Translations under genes and position numbers: made by a program | Shown here: positions 1 through 13,900 of the stretch, piece after piece | How positions within the stretch are numbered: the stretch's first letter is position 1 | Layout of the letters: each line of letters begins with the position of its first letter | Assembly: GCF_009914755.1 (NCBI RefSeq) | Contig: NC_060933.1 | Source of the DNA: the human T2T-CHM13v2.0 reference genome, Homo sapiens | Reading direction: 5' to 3' (one strand) | DNA: 64,000 nt | The notes under the pieces: generated by a model | What the model saw: the letters and a program-made list of their open reading frames with translations, nothing else | The model's database searches: none | What the model was told of the DNA's origin: nothing

Positions 1-557
1 TTCCATTCCCCTGTACTCAGGTTGATTCCATTCCATTGCATTCCAATCCATGCCCTTCCACTCGTGTTGATTCCATTCTTTCCATTCCATTCAAGTTGAA
101 TCCATTCCATTGCATTCCATTCCATGCGATTCCATTCGATTGCACTCGGGTTGATTCCATTCCATTGCATTCCATTCCATTCCATTCCATTCCATTCCAT
201 TCCATTCCATTCCGTTCCATTCCATTCCATTACATTCGGATTGATTCTATTCAATTCCCTTACACTCCATTACATTCCATTCCATTCGGGTAGTTTCCAT
301 TCCATTCCATTGCATTCCTCTCCATTCCATTGCACTCGGGTTGATTCCATTCCATTGCATTCCATTCCATTCCATTCAACTCGATTCCTTTCCATTCCAT
401 TCCATTACATTCGGATTGATTCTATTCAACTCCCTTACTCTCCATTACATTCCATTCCATTCGGGTTGTTCCATTCCATTCCATTCCATTCCACTCCATT
501 CCATTGTACTCGGCTTTATTCCATACCATTCCATTCCATTCCATTCAATTCCATTCC

Positions 558-572
558 ATTCCGGAAGATTCC
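558..572. promoter_or_regulatory. Perfect 3-unit heat-shock-element match aTTCc-gGAAg-aTTCc (representative copy of about 29)
   Basis: ATTCCGGAAGATTCC fits nTTCn-nGAAn-nTTCn. Other starts: 4725, 5812, 9858, 10053, 11207, 12704, 14148, 16089, 16962, 18681, 20539, 28335, 29612, 31795, 32623, 34137, 35715, 37778, 39336, 40818, 43191, 53170, 55450, 56569, 61948, 61998, 62781, 63614. This is a motif match only; binding is not shown. Confidence 0.5.
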
Positions 573-1389
573 ATTCCATTTCATTCCATTCCATTCCATT
601 CCCCTGCACTCGCGTTGATTCCATTCCATTCCATTCCATTCCATTCCATTCCGTTCCGTTCCATTCCATTCCATTCCATTCCATTCCATTCCGTTCCGTT
701 CCATTCCATTCCATTCCATTCTATTCGGGTTAATTCCATTCCATTCCATTCGATTGCAATCGAGTTGATTCCATTCCATTCCATTCCATTCCATTCCATT
801 CCTTTCCATTCCATTACGGATGATTCCATTCCATTGCATTCCATTCCATTCCATTCCCCTGTACTCGGGTTGATTCCATTCCATTCCATTCCAATCCATG
901 CCATTCCACTCGTGTTGATTCCATTCTTTCCATTCCATTCAAGTTGAATCCATTCCATTGCATTCCATTCCATTCCATTCCCCTGCAGTCGGGTTGATTC
1001 CATTCCATTCCATTCCATTCCATTCCATTCCATTCCATTCCAATCAAGTTGATTCCATTCCATTCCATTCCATTGCATTCCATTCCATTCCACTCCATTC
1101 CAGTCCTTTCCATTCCATTCAACTCGGGTTGATTCCAATGTATTCCTTTCCATTCCATTCCATTCCATTGCAATCGAGTTGATTCCATTGCTTTGCATTC
1201 CATTCCATTCCATTCCATTCCGGATGATTCCATTCCATTGCATTCCATTCCATTCCATTCCCCTGCACTCGGGTTGATTCCATTCCATTCCACTCCATTC
1301 CATTCCATTCCATTCCATTGCATTCCATTCCATTCCCCTGCACTCGGGTTGATTCCATTCCATTCCATTCCATTCCATTCCATTCCATT

Positions 1390-2170
1390 CCATTCCTTTC
1401 CATTCCATTACGGATGATTCCATTCCATTGCATTCCATTCCATTCCATTCCCCTGTACTCGGGTTGATTCCATTCAATTCCATTCCAATCCATGCCACTC
1501 CAGTCGTGTTGATTCCATTCTTTCCATTCCATTCAAGTTGAATCCTTTCCATTGCATTCCATTCCATTCGATTCCATTCGATTGCACTCGGGTTGATTCC
1601 ATTCCATTGCATTCCATTCCATTCCATTCCATTCCATTCCATTCCATTCCGTTCCATTCCATTTCATTACATTCAGATTGATTCTATTCAATTCCCTTAC
1701 ACTCCATTATATTCCAATCCATTCTGGTTGTTTCCATTCCATTCCATTCCATTTCACTCCATTCCATTGCACTCGGGTTGATTCCATTCCATTCCATTCC
1801 ATTCCATTCCTTTCCATTCCATTACGGATGATTCCATTCCATTGCATTCCATTCCATTCCATTCCCCTGTACTGGGGTTGATTCCATTCCATTCCATTCC
1901 AATCCATGCCATTCCACTCGTGTTGATTCCATTCTTTCCATTGCATTGAAGTTGAATCCATTCCATTGCATTCCATTCCATTCGATTCCATTCGATTGCA
2001 CTCGGGTTGATTCCATTCCATTGCATTCCATTCCATTCCATTCCATTCCATTCCATTCCATTCCATTCCGTTCCATTCCATTTCATTACATTCAGATTGA
2101 TTCTATTCAATTCCCTTACACTCCATTATATTCCAATCCATTCTGGTTGTTTCCATTCCATTCCATTCCT
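1390..2170. repeat. ~415 bp tandem duplication
   Basis: CAATCCATGCC occurs at 1486 and 1900 (offset 414). The variant cassette CAGATTGATTCTATTCAATTCCC...TATTCCAATCCATTCTGGTTGTTTCC occurs at 1674 and 2093 (offset 419). Confidence 0.75.
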
Positions 2171-4455
2171 TTTCACTCGTGTTGATTCCATTCCTTTCCA
2201 TTCCATTCGGTTTGAAGCCATTCCATTCCATTCAATTCCACTCCATTCCATTCCATTCCATTCCATTCCATTCCATTCCATTCCATTCCATTGTACTCGG
2301 GTTGATTCCATTCCATTGCATTCCATTCCATTCCATTCCATTCCGTTCCATTCCATTCCATTACATTCGGATTGATTCTATTCAACTCCGTTACTCTCCA
2401 TTCCATTCCATTCCATTCGGGTTGTTCCATTCCATTCCATTCCATTCCACTCCATTCCATTGCACTCGGGTTGATTCCATTCCATTCCATTCCATTCCAT
2501 TCCATTCCATTCCATTCCGGATGATTCCATTCCATTGCATTCCGTTCCATTACATTACCCTGCACTCGCGTTGATTCCATTCCATTGCATTCCACTCCAT
2601 ACCATTCCATTGCATTCCATTCCATTCCATTCCATTCCGGATGATTCCATTCCATTGCATTCCATTCCATTCCATTCCCCTGTACTCGGGTTGATTCCAT
2701 TCCATTCCATTCCAATCCATGCCATTCCACTCGTGTTGATTCCATTCTTTCCATTCCATTCAAGTTGAATCCATTCCATTACATTCCATTCCATTCGATT
2801 CCATTCGATTGCACTCGGGTTGATTCCATTCCATTGCATTCCAACCCATTCCATTCCATTCCATTCCATTCCATTCCGTTCCATTCCATTCCATTACATT
2901 CGGATTGATTCTTTTCAACTCCTTTACTCTCCATTACATTACATTCCATTCGGGTTGTTCCATTCTATTCCATTCCATTCCACTCCATTCCAATGCACTC
3001 AGGTTGATTCCATTCCATTCCATTCCATTCCATTCCATTCCGGATGATTCCATTCCATTGCATTCAGTTCCATTACATTCCCCTGCATTTGGGTTGATTC
3101 CATTCCATTCCATTCCATTCCATTCGATTCCATTCCATTCCCCTGCACTCTCGTTGATTCCATTCCATGCCATTCCATTCCATTCCATTTCATTCCTTTC
3201 CATTCCATTGCATTCCATTCCATTCCATTCCATTCCGTTCCGTTCCTTTCCATTCCATTCTATTCGGGTTAATTCCATTCCATTCCATTCGATTGCAATC
3301 GAGTTGATTCCATTCCATTCCATTCCATTCCATTCCATTCCATTCCATTCCATTCCATTCCTTTCCATTCCATTACGGATGTTTCCATTCCATTGCATTC
3401 CATTCCATTCCATTCCATTCCGGATGATTCCATTCCATTGCATTCCGTTCCATTACATTCCCCTGCACTCGGGTTGATTCCATTCCATTCCATTCCATTC
3501 CATACCATTCCATTCGATTCCATTCCACTCCAATTCTTCCATTCCATTCTATTCCGTACCATTCCATTCCATTCCATACAATTCCATTCCATTCCATTCC
3601 ATTCCGTTCCGTTCCGTTCCGTTCCGTTCCATTCCATTCCATTCCATTCTATTCGGGTTAATTCCATTCCATTCCATTCCATTCCATTCTATTCCACTAA
3701 ATTGCAATCGAGTTGAATCCATTGCATTCCATTCCATTCCATTCCATTCCATTTCGGAAGATTGCATTCCATTGCATTCCATTCCATTCCATTCCCCTGC
3801 ACTCGCGTTGAATCCATTCCATTCCATTCCATTCCATTCCATTCCTTTCCGTTCCATTCCATTCCATTCCATTCCATTCCGTTCCATTCCGTTCCGTTCC
3901 ATTCCATTCCATTCCATTCTATTCGGTTTAATTCCATTCCATTCCATTCGATTACAATTGAGTTGATGCCATTTCATTCCATTCGATTCCATTCCATTCC
4001 ATTCCATTCCTTTCCATTCCATTACGGATGATTCCATTCCATTGCATTCCATTCCATTCCATTCCCCTGTACTCGGGTTGATTCCATTCAATTCCATTCC
4101 AATCCATGCCTCTCCACTCGTGTTGATTCCATTCTTTCTATTCCATTCAAGTTGAATCCATTCCATTGCATTCCATTCCATTCGATTCCATTCGATTGCA
4201 GTCGGGTTGATTCCATTCCATTGCATTCCATTCCATTCCATTCAATTCCATTCCATTCCATTCCGTTCCATTCCATTTCATTACATTCATATTGATTCTA
4301 TTCAAATCCCTTACACTCCATTATATTCCAATCCATTCTGGTTGTTTCCATTCCATTCCATTCCATTTCACCTGTGTTGATTCCATTCCTTTCCATTCCA
4401 TTCGGTTTGAAGCCATTCCATTCCATTCAATTCCACTCCATTCCATTCCATTCCA
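1800..4455. repeat. Copy 1 of a 2.8-3.2 kb-offset duplication
   Basis: Private variants are shared with 4970-7265: TACATTACCCTGCAC 2551/5719, ATTTCGGAAGATTGC 3751/6551, ATTACAATTGAGTTGATGCC 3951/6751, CATTCATATTG 4284/7094. Confidence 0.85.
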
Positions 4456-4969
4456 TACGATTCCATTCCATTCCATTCCATTGTACTCGGGTTGATGCCA
4501 TTCCATTGCATTCCGTTCCGTTCCATTCCATTCCATTCTATTCGGGTTAATTCCATTCCATTCCATTCGATTGCAATCGAGTTAATTCCATTCCATTCCA
4601 TTCCATTCCATTCCATTCCATTCCTTTCCATTCCATTACGGATGATTCCATTCCATTGCATTCCATTCCATTCCATTCCCCTGTACTCGGGTTGATTCCA
4701 TTCCATTCCATTCCATTCCATTCCATTCCGGAAGATTCCATTCCATTGCATTCCATTCCAATCCATTCCCGTGCACTCACGTTGATTCCATTCCATTCCA
4801 TTCCATTCCATTCCATTCCGTTCCGTTCCGTTCCGTTCCATTCCATTCCATTCCATTCCGTTCCGTTCCATTCCATTCCATTCCATTCCATTCTTTCGGG
4901 TTAATTCCATTCCATTCCATTCGATTGCAATCGAGTTGATTCTATTCCATTCCATTCCATTCCATTCCA

Positions 4970-7265
4970 TTCCATTCCATTCCTTTCCATTACATTACGG
5001 ATGATTCCATTCCATTTCATTCCATTCCATTCCATTCCCCTGTACTCGGGTTGATTCCATTCCATTCCATTCCAATCCATGCCATTCCACTCGTGTTGAT
5101 TCCATTCTTTCCATTCCATTCAAGTTGAATCCCTTCCATTGCATTCCATTCCATTCGATTCCATTCGATTGCACTCGGGTTGATTCCATTCAATTGCATT
5201 CCATTCCATTCCATTCCATTCCATTCCATTCCATTCCGTTCCATTCCATTTCATTACATTCAGATTGATTCTATTCAATTCCCTTACACTCCATTATATT
5301 CCAATCCATTCTGGTTGTTTCCATTCCATTCCATTCCATTTCACTCGTGTTGATTCCATTCCTTTCCATTCCATTAGGTTTGAAGCCATTCCATTCCATT
5401 CAATTCCACTCCATTCCATTCCATTCCATTCCATTCCATTCCATTCCATTCCATTCCATTGTACTCGGCTTGATTCCATTCCATTGCATTCCATTCCGTT
5501 CCATTCCATTCCGTTCCATTCCATTCCATTACATTCGGATTGATTCTATTCAACTCCGTTACTCTCCATTACATTCCATTCCATTCGGGTTGTTCCATTC
5601 CATTCCATTCCATTCCACTCCATTCCATTGCACTCGGGTTGATTCCATTCCATTCCATTCCATTCCATTCCATTCCATTCCATTCCGGATGATTCCATTC
5701 CATTGCATTCCGTTCCATTACATTACCCTGCACTCGCGTTGATTCCATTCCATTGCATTCCACTCCATACCATTCCATTGCATTCCATTCCATTCCATTC
5801 CATTCCATTGCATTCCGGAAGATTCCATTCCATTGCATTCAGTTCCATTACATTCCCCTGCATTCGGGTTGATTCCATTCCATTCCATTCCATTCCATTC
5901 GATTCCATTCCATTCCCCTGCACTCGCGTTGATTCCATTCCATGCCATTCCATTCCATTCCACTTCATTCCTTTCCATTCCATTGCATTCCATTCCATTC
6001 CATTCCATTCCGTTCCATTCCTTTCCATTCCATTCTATTCGGGTTAATTCCATTCCATTCCATTCGATTGCAATCGGGTTGATTCCATTCCATTCCATTC
6101 CATTGCATTCCATTCCATTCCATTCCATTCCATTCCATTCCATTCCATTCCATTCCATTCCTTTCCATTCCATTACGGATGTTTACATTCCATTGCATTC
6201 CATTCCATTCCATTCCATTCCGGATGATTCCATTCCATTGCATTCCGTTCCATTACATTCCCCGGCACTCGGGTTGATTCCATTCCATTCCATTCCATTC
6301 CATACCATTCCATTCGATTCCATTCCATTCCAATTCTTCCATTCCATTCTATTCCGTACCATTCCATTCCATTCCATACAATTCCATTCCATTCCATTCC
6401 ATTCCATTCCATTCCGTTCCGTTCCGTTCCGTTCCGTTCCATTCCATTCCATTCCATTCTATTCGGGTTAATTCCGTTCCATTCCGTTCCATTCCATTCT
6501 ATTCCACTCCATTGCAATCGAGTTGAATCCATTGCATTCCATTCCATTCCATTTCGGAAGATTGCATTCCATTGCATTCCATTCCATTCCATTCCCCTGC
6601 ACTCGCGTTGAATCCATTCCATTCCATTCCATTCCATTCCATTCCTTTCCGTTCCATTCCATTCCATTCCATTCCATTCCGTTCCATTCCGTTCCGTTCC
6701 ATTCCATTCCATTCCATTCTATTCGGGTTAATTCCATTCCATTCCATTCGATTACAATTGAGTTGATGCCATTTCATTCCATTCGATTCCATTCCATTCC
6801 ATTCCATTCCATTCCATTCCTTTCCATTCCATTACGGATGATTCCATTCCATTGCATTCCATTCCATTCTATTCCCCTGTACTCGGGTTGATTCCATTCA
6901 ATTCCATTCCATTCCATGCCACTCCACTCGTGTTGACTCCATTCTTTCCATTCCATTCAAGTTGAATCCATTCCATTGCATTCCATTCCATTCGATTCCA
7001 TTCGATTGCAGTCGGGTTGATTCCATTCCATTGCATTCCATTCCATTCCATTCAATTCCATTCCATTCCATTCCGTTCCATTCCATTTCATTACATTCAT
7101 ATTGATTCTATTCAATTCCCTTACACTCCATTATATTCCAATCCATTCTGGTTGTTTCCATTCCATTCCATTCCATTTCACTTGTGTTGATTCCATTCCT
7201 TTCCATTCCATTCGGTTTGAAGCCATTCCATTCCATTCAATTCCACTCCATTCCATTCCATTCCA
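4970..7265. repeat. Copy 2 of the 2.8-3.2 kb-offset duplication (lacks ~400 bp present in copy 1)
   Basis: The offset to copy 1 is 3168 before ~2640 and 2775-2810 after ~3040. Confidence 0.85.
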
Positions 7266-8970
7266 TTCCATGCCATTCCACTCGGGTTGATTCCATTCCT
7301 TTCCATTCCATTCTTGTTGAATCCATTCCATTCCATTCTATTCCATTCGAATCCATTCCATTGCACTCGGGTTGATTCCATTCCATTCCATTCCATTCCA
7401 TTGCAATCGAGTTGATTCCATTCCAATCCATTCCATTCCGTTCCGGATGATTCCATTCCATTCCATTCCATTCCATTCCATTCCATTCCTCTGCAGTCGG
7501 GTTGATTCCATTCCATTCCATTCCATTCCATTCCATTCCATTCCATTCCATTCCGTTCAATTCCATTCCATTCCATTCTATTCGGGTTAATTCCATTCCA
7601 TTCCATTCCATTCCATTCCATTCCATTCCATTCCATTCCAATCGAGTTGATTCCATTCCATTCCATTCCATTCCATTCCACTCCATTCCAGTCCTTTCCA
7701 TTCCATTACACTCGGGTTGATTCCATTCTATTCCTTTCCATTCCATTCCATTCCATTGTAATCGAGTTGATTCCATTGCTTTGCATTCCATTCCATTCCA
7801 TTCCATTCCGGATGATTCCATTCCATTACTTTCCATTCCATTCCTTTCCCCTGCACTAGGGTTGATTCTATTCCATTCCACTCCATTCCGTTCCATTCCA
7901 TTCCATTCCATTGTATTCGGGTTAATTCTATTCCATTCCATTCCATTCCACTCCATTCCAGTCCTTTCCATTCCATTCCACTCGGGTTGATTCCATTCTA
8001 TTCCTTTCAATTCCATTCCATTCCATTGCAATCGAGTTGATTCCATTCGAGTTGAATCCATTCCATTCCATTCCATTCCATTCCATTGCACACGGGTTCA
8101 TTCCATTCCATTCCATTCCATTCCATTCCATTTCATTCCATTCCATTCTATTCCGTACCATTCCATTCATTCCCATTCCATTCCATTCCATTCCATGCCA
8201 TTACACTCGGGTTGATTCCATTCCTTTCCATTCCATTCTTGTTGAATCCATTCCATTCCATTCTATTCCATTCGAATCCATTCCATTGCACTCGGGTTGA
8301 TTCCATTCCATTCCATTCCATTCCATTCCATTTCATTCCATTCCATTCCATTACATTCGGATTGAATCTATTCAATTCCCTTACACTCCATTCCATTCCA
8401 TTCCATTCCATTCCATTCCATTCCACTCCATTCCACTGCGTCAGGTTGATTGCATTCCATTCCATTCCATTCCATTCCGGATGATTCCATTCCATTGCAT
8501 TCCATTCCATTCCATTCCCCTGCACTCGGGTTGATTCCATTCCATTCCATTCCATTCCATTCCGTTCCATTCCATTCCATTCCATTCTATTCCGGTTAAT
8601 TCCATTCCATTCCATTCGATTCCATTCCATTCCATTCCATTCCATTGCAATCGATTTGCTTCCATTCCATTCCATTCCATTCCGTTCCGGATGATTCCAT
8701 TCCATTCCATTCCATTCCATTCCATTCCATTCCTCTGCAGTCGGGTTGATTCCATTCCATTCCATTCCATTCCGTTCCATTCCATTCCATTCCGTTCAAT
8801 TCCATTCCATTCCATTCTATTCGGGTTAATTCCATTCCATTCCATTCCATTCCATTCCATTCCATTCCAATCGAGTTGATTCCATTCCATTCCATTCCAT
8901 TCCATTCCACTCCATTCCAGTCCTTTCCATTCCATTACACTCGGGTTGATTCCATTCTATTCCTTTCCAT
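7265..8970. repeat. Divergent HSat3 patch with internal repeats
   Basis: Private motifs are TTCTTGTTGAATCC (7311, 8236) and CCTCTGCAGTCGGG (7488, 8732). TGCACACGGGTT (~8087) is otherwise seen only in the 43.65-53.1 kb domain. Confidence 0.65.
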
Positions 8971-8984
8971 TCCATTCCATTCCA

Positions 8985-10900
8985 TTCCACTCGGGTTGAT
9001 TCCATTCTATTAGTTTCCATTCCATTCCATTCCCTTCCATTCCACTCTGGTTGATTCCATTCCTTTCCATTCCACTCGAATACATTCCCTCCTGTTCCAC
9101 TCGGAACGATTCCATTCCATTCCATTCCATTCCATTCCATTCCATTCCATTCCATTTCGTTCCATTCCATTCTATTCCGTATCATTCCATTCCATTCCTT
9201 TCCATTCCATTCCACTCGTGTTGATTTCATTCCTTTCCATTCCATTCGGTTTGAAGGCATTCCATTCCATTCCATTCCATTCCATTCCATTCCATTCCAG
9301 TCCATTCCATACCATTGTACTCGGGTTGATTCCATTCCATTGCATTCCATTCCATTCCATTCCATTCCATTCCGTTGCATTCCATTCCATTACATTCGGA
9401 TTGATTCTATTCAACTCCCTTACTCTCCATTACATTCCATTCCATTCGGGTTGTTCCATTCCATTCCATTCCATTCCACTCCATTCCATTGCACTCGGAT
9501 TGATTCCATTCCATTCCATTCCATTCCGGATGATTCCATTCCATTGCATTCCGTTCCATTACATTCCCCTGCACTCGGGTTGATTCCATTCCATTCCATT
9601 CCTTTCCATTCGATTCCATTCCATTCCAATTCTTTCCATTCCATTCTATTCCGTACCATTCCATTCCATTCCATACAATTCCATTCCATTCCATTCCACT
9701 CCGTTCCATTCCGTTCCGTTCCGTTCCGTTCCATTCCATTCCATTCCATTCTATTCGGTTTAATTCCATTCCATTCCATTCCATTCCATTCCATTCTATT
9801 CCATTCCATTGCAATCGAGTTGAATCCATTGCATTCCATTCCATTCCATTCCATTCCATTCCGGAAGATTCCATTCCATTCCATTCCATTCCATTCCATT
9901 CCATTCCATTGTACTCGGGTTGATTCCATTCCATTGCATTCCATTCCATTCCATTCCATTCCATTCCATTCCGTTCCATTCCATTCCATTCTATTCCATT
10001 CCATTGCAATCGAGTTGAATCCATTGCATTCCATTCCATTCCATTCCATTCCATTCCGGAAGATTCCATTCCATTGCATTCCATTCCATTCCATTCCATT
10101 CCATTCCATTCCATTCCATTCCATTGCACTCGGGTTGATTCCACTCCATTCCATTCCATTCCATTCCGGATGATTCCATTCCATTGCATTCCGTTGCATT
10201 CCATTCCCCTGCACTCGGGTTGATTCCATTCCATTCCATTCCATTCCATTCCATTCCATTCCATTCCATTCCTTTCCATTCCAGTCTTTTCCATTCCATT
10301 CCACTCGGGTTGATTCCATTCTATTAGTTTCCATTCCATTCCATTCCCTTCCATTCCACTCTGGTTGATTCCATTCCTTTCCATTCCACTCGAATACATT
10401 CCCTGCTATTCCACTCGGAACGATTCCATTCCATTCCATTCCATTCCATTCCATTCCATTTCGTTCCATTCCATTCTGTTCCGTATCATTCCATTCCATT
10501 CCATTCCATTCCATTCCATTCCATTCCACTCGTGTTGATTCCATTCCTTTCCATTCCATTCGGTTTGAAGGCATTCGATTCCATTCCATTCCATTCCTTT
10601 CCATTCCTTTCCATTGTACTCTGGTTGATTCCATTCCATTGCATTCCATTCCATGCCATTCCATTCCATTCCATTCCATTCCATTCCGTTCCATTCCATT
10701 CCATTACATTCGGGTTGATTCTATTCAACTCCCTTACTCTCCATTACATTCCATTCCATTCGGGTTGTTCCATTCCATTCCATTCCATTCCACTCCATTC
10801 CATTGCACTCGGGTTGATTCCATTCCATTCCATTCCATTCCATTCCATTCCGGATGATTCCATTCCATTGCATTCCGTTCCATTCCATTCCCCTGCACTC
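8985..10900. repeat. Partial tandem duplication with 1314 bp offset
   Basis: The GAATACATTCCCT cassette occurs at 9078/10392 and CGGTTTGAAGGC at 9247/10561. Confidence 0.75.
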
Positions 10901-13900
10901 GCGTTGATTCCATTCCATTCCATTCCATTCCATTCAATTCCATTCCATTACAATTCGTTCCATTCCATTCTATTCCGTACCATTCCATTCCATTCCATAA
11001 CATTCCATTCCATTCCATTCCATTCCATTCCATTCCATTCCGTTCCATTCCGTTCCATTCCTTTCCATTCCATTCTATTCGGGTTAATTCCATTCCATTC
11101 CATTCCATTCCATTCCATTCCATTCCATTCCATTCCATTCTATTCCATTCCATTGCAATCGAGTTGAATCAATTGCATTTCGTTCCATTCCATTCCATTC
11201 CATTCCATTCCGGAAGATTCCATTCCATTGCATTCCATTCCATTCCATTCCCCTGCACTCGCGTTGATTCCATTCCATTCCATTCCATTCCATTCCATCC
11301 ATTCCATTCCGTTTCGTTCCATTCCATTCCATTCCATTCCGTTCCGTTCCATTCCATTCCATTCCATTCTATTCGGGTTAATTCCATTCCATTCCATTCG
11401 ATTGCAATCGAGTTGATTCCATTCCATTCCACTCCATTCCATTCCATTCCATTCCATTCCTTTCCATTCCATTACGGATGATTCCATTCCATTGCATTCC
11501 ATTCCATACCATTCCCCTGTACTCGGGTTGATTCCATTCCATTCCATTCCAATCCATGCCATTCCACTCGTGTTGATTCCATTCTTTCCATTCCGTTCAA
11601 GTTGAATCCATTCCATTGCATTCCATTCCATTCCATTCCCCTGCAGTCGGGTTGTTTCCATTCCATTCCATTCCATTCCATTCCGTTCCGTTCCATTCCA
11701 TTCCATTCCATTACATTCTATTCGGGTTAATTCCATTCCATTCCATTCCATTCCATTCCATTCCATTCCATTCCATTCCATTCCATTCCAATCGAGTTGA
11801 TTCCATTCCATTCCATTCCATTCCATTCCATTCCACTCCATTCCAGTCCTTTCCATTCCATTCCACTCGGGTTGATTCCAATGTATTCCATTCCATTCCA
11901 TTCCATTCCATTCCATTACAATCGAGTTGATTCCATTCCATTCCATTCCATTCCAGTCCTTTCCATTCCATTCCTCTCGGGTTGATTCCATTCTATTCGT
12001 TTCCATTCCATTCCATTCCCTTCCATTCCACTCTGGTTGATTCCATTCCTTTCCATTCCACTCGAATACATTCCCTCCTATTCCACTCGGAACGATTCCA
12101 TTCCATTCCATTCCATTCCATTCCATTCCATTCCATTCCATTCCATTCCATTGTACTCGGGTTGATTCAATTCCATTGCATTCCATTCCATTCCATTCCA
12201 TTCCATTCCATTCCGTTGCATTAAATTCCATTACATTCGGATTGATTCTATTCAACTACCTTACTCTCCATTACATTCCATTCCATTCGGGTTGTTCCAT
12301 TCCATTCCATTCCATTCCACTCCATTCCATTGCACTCGGGTTGATTCCATTCCATTCCATTCCATTCCATTCCATTCCATTCCATTCCATTCCGGATGAT
12401 TCCATTCCATTGCATTCCGTTCCATTACATTCCCCTGCACTCGCGTTGATTCCATTCCATTCCATTGAATTCCATTCCATTACAATTCGTTCCATTCCAT
12501 TCTATTCCGTACCATTCCATTCCATTCCATACCATTCCATTCCATTCCATTCCATTCCCTTCCGTTCCATTCCGTTCCATTCCATTCCATTCCATTCTCT
12601 TCGAATTAATTCCATTCCATTCCATTCCATTCCATTCTATTCCATTCCATTGCAATCGAGTTGAATCCATTGCATTTCATTCCATTCCATTCCATTCCAT
12701 TCCATTCCGGAAGATTCCATTCCATTGCATTCCATTCCATTCCATTCCCCTGCACTCGCGTTGATTCCATTCCATTCCATTCCATTCCATTCCATTCCAT
12801 TCCATTCCGTTCCGTTCCATTCCATTCCATTCCATTCCATTCCGTTCCGTTCCATTCCATTCCATTCCATTCTATTCCGGTTAATTCCATTCCATTCCAT
12901 TGGATTGCAGTCGAGTTGATTCCATTCCATTCCATTCCATTCCATTCCATTCCATTCCATTCCAATCGAGTTGATTCCATTCCATTCCATTCCATTCCAT
13001 TCCATTCCACTCCATTCCAGTCCTTTCCATTCCATTCCACTCGGGTTGATTCCAATTTATTCCTTTCCATTCCAGTCCATTCCATTGCAATCGAGTTGAT
13101 TCCATTGCTTTGCATTCCATTCCATTCCATTCCATTCCGGATGATTCCTTTCCATTGCATTGCATTCCATTCCATTCCCCTGCACTCGGGTTGATTCCAT
13201 TCCATTCCACTCCATTCCGTTCCATTCCATTCCATTCCATTGTGTTCGGGTTAATTCCATTCCATTCGATTCCATTCCATTCCATTCCATTACAATCGAG
13301 TTGATTCCATTCCATTCCATTCCATTCCAGTCCTTTCCATTCCATTCCACTCGGGTTGATTCCATTCTATTAGTTTCCATTCCATTCCATTCCCTTCCAT
13401 TCCACTCTGGTTGATACCATTCCTTTCCATTCCACTCGAATACATTCCCTCCTATTCCACTCGGAACGATTCCATTCCATTCCATTCCATTCCATTCCAT
13501 TCCATTCCATTTCGTTCCATTCCATTCTATTCCGTATCATTCCATTCCATTCCATTCGATTCCATTCCATTCCATTCCATTCCATTCCATTCCATTGTAC
13601 TCAGGTTGATTCAATTCCATTGCATTCCATTCCATTCCATTCCATTCCATTCCATTCCGTTGCATTCCATTCCATTACATTCGGATTGATTCTATTCACC
13701 TCCCTTACTCTCCATTACATTCCATTCCATTCGGGTTGTTCCATTCCATTCCATTCCATTCCACTCCATTCCATTGCACTCGGGTTGATTCCATTCCATT
13801 CCATTCCATTCCATTCCATTCCATTCCATTCCGGATGATTCCATTCCATTGCATTCCGTTCCATTACATTCCCCTGCACTCGCGTTGATTCCATTCCATT

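Noticed and set aside
559-566. TTCCGGAA as a STAT GAS site
   Set aside because: GAS needs TTC-N3-GAA (N4 for STAT6). The spacing here is N2, which matches HSE geometry instead.
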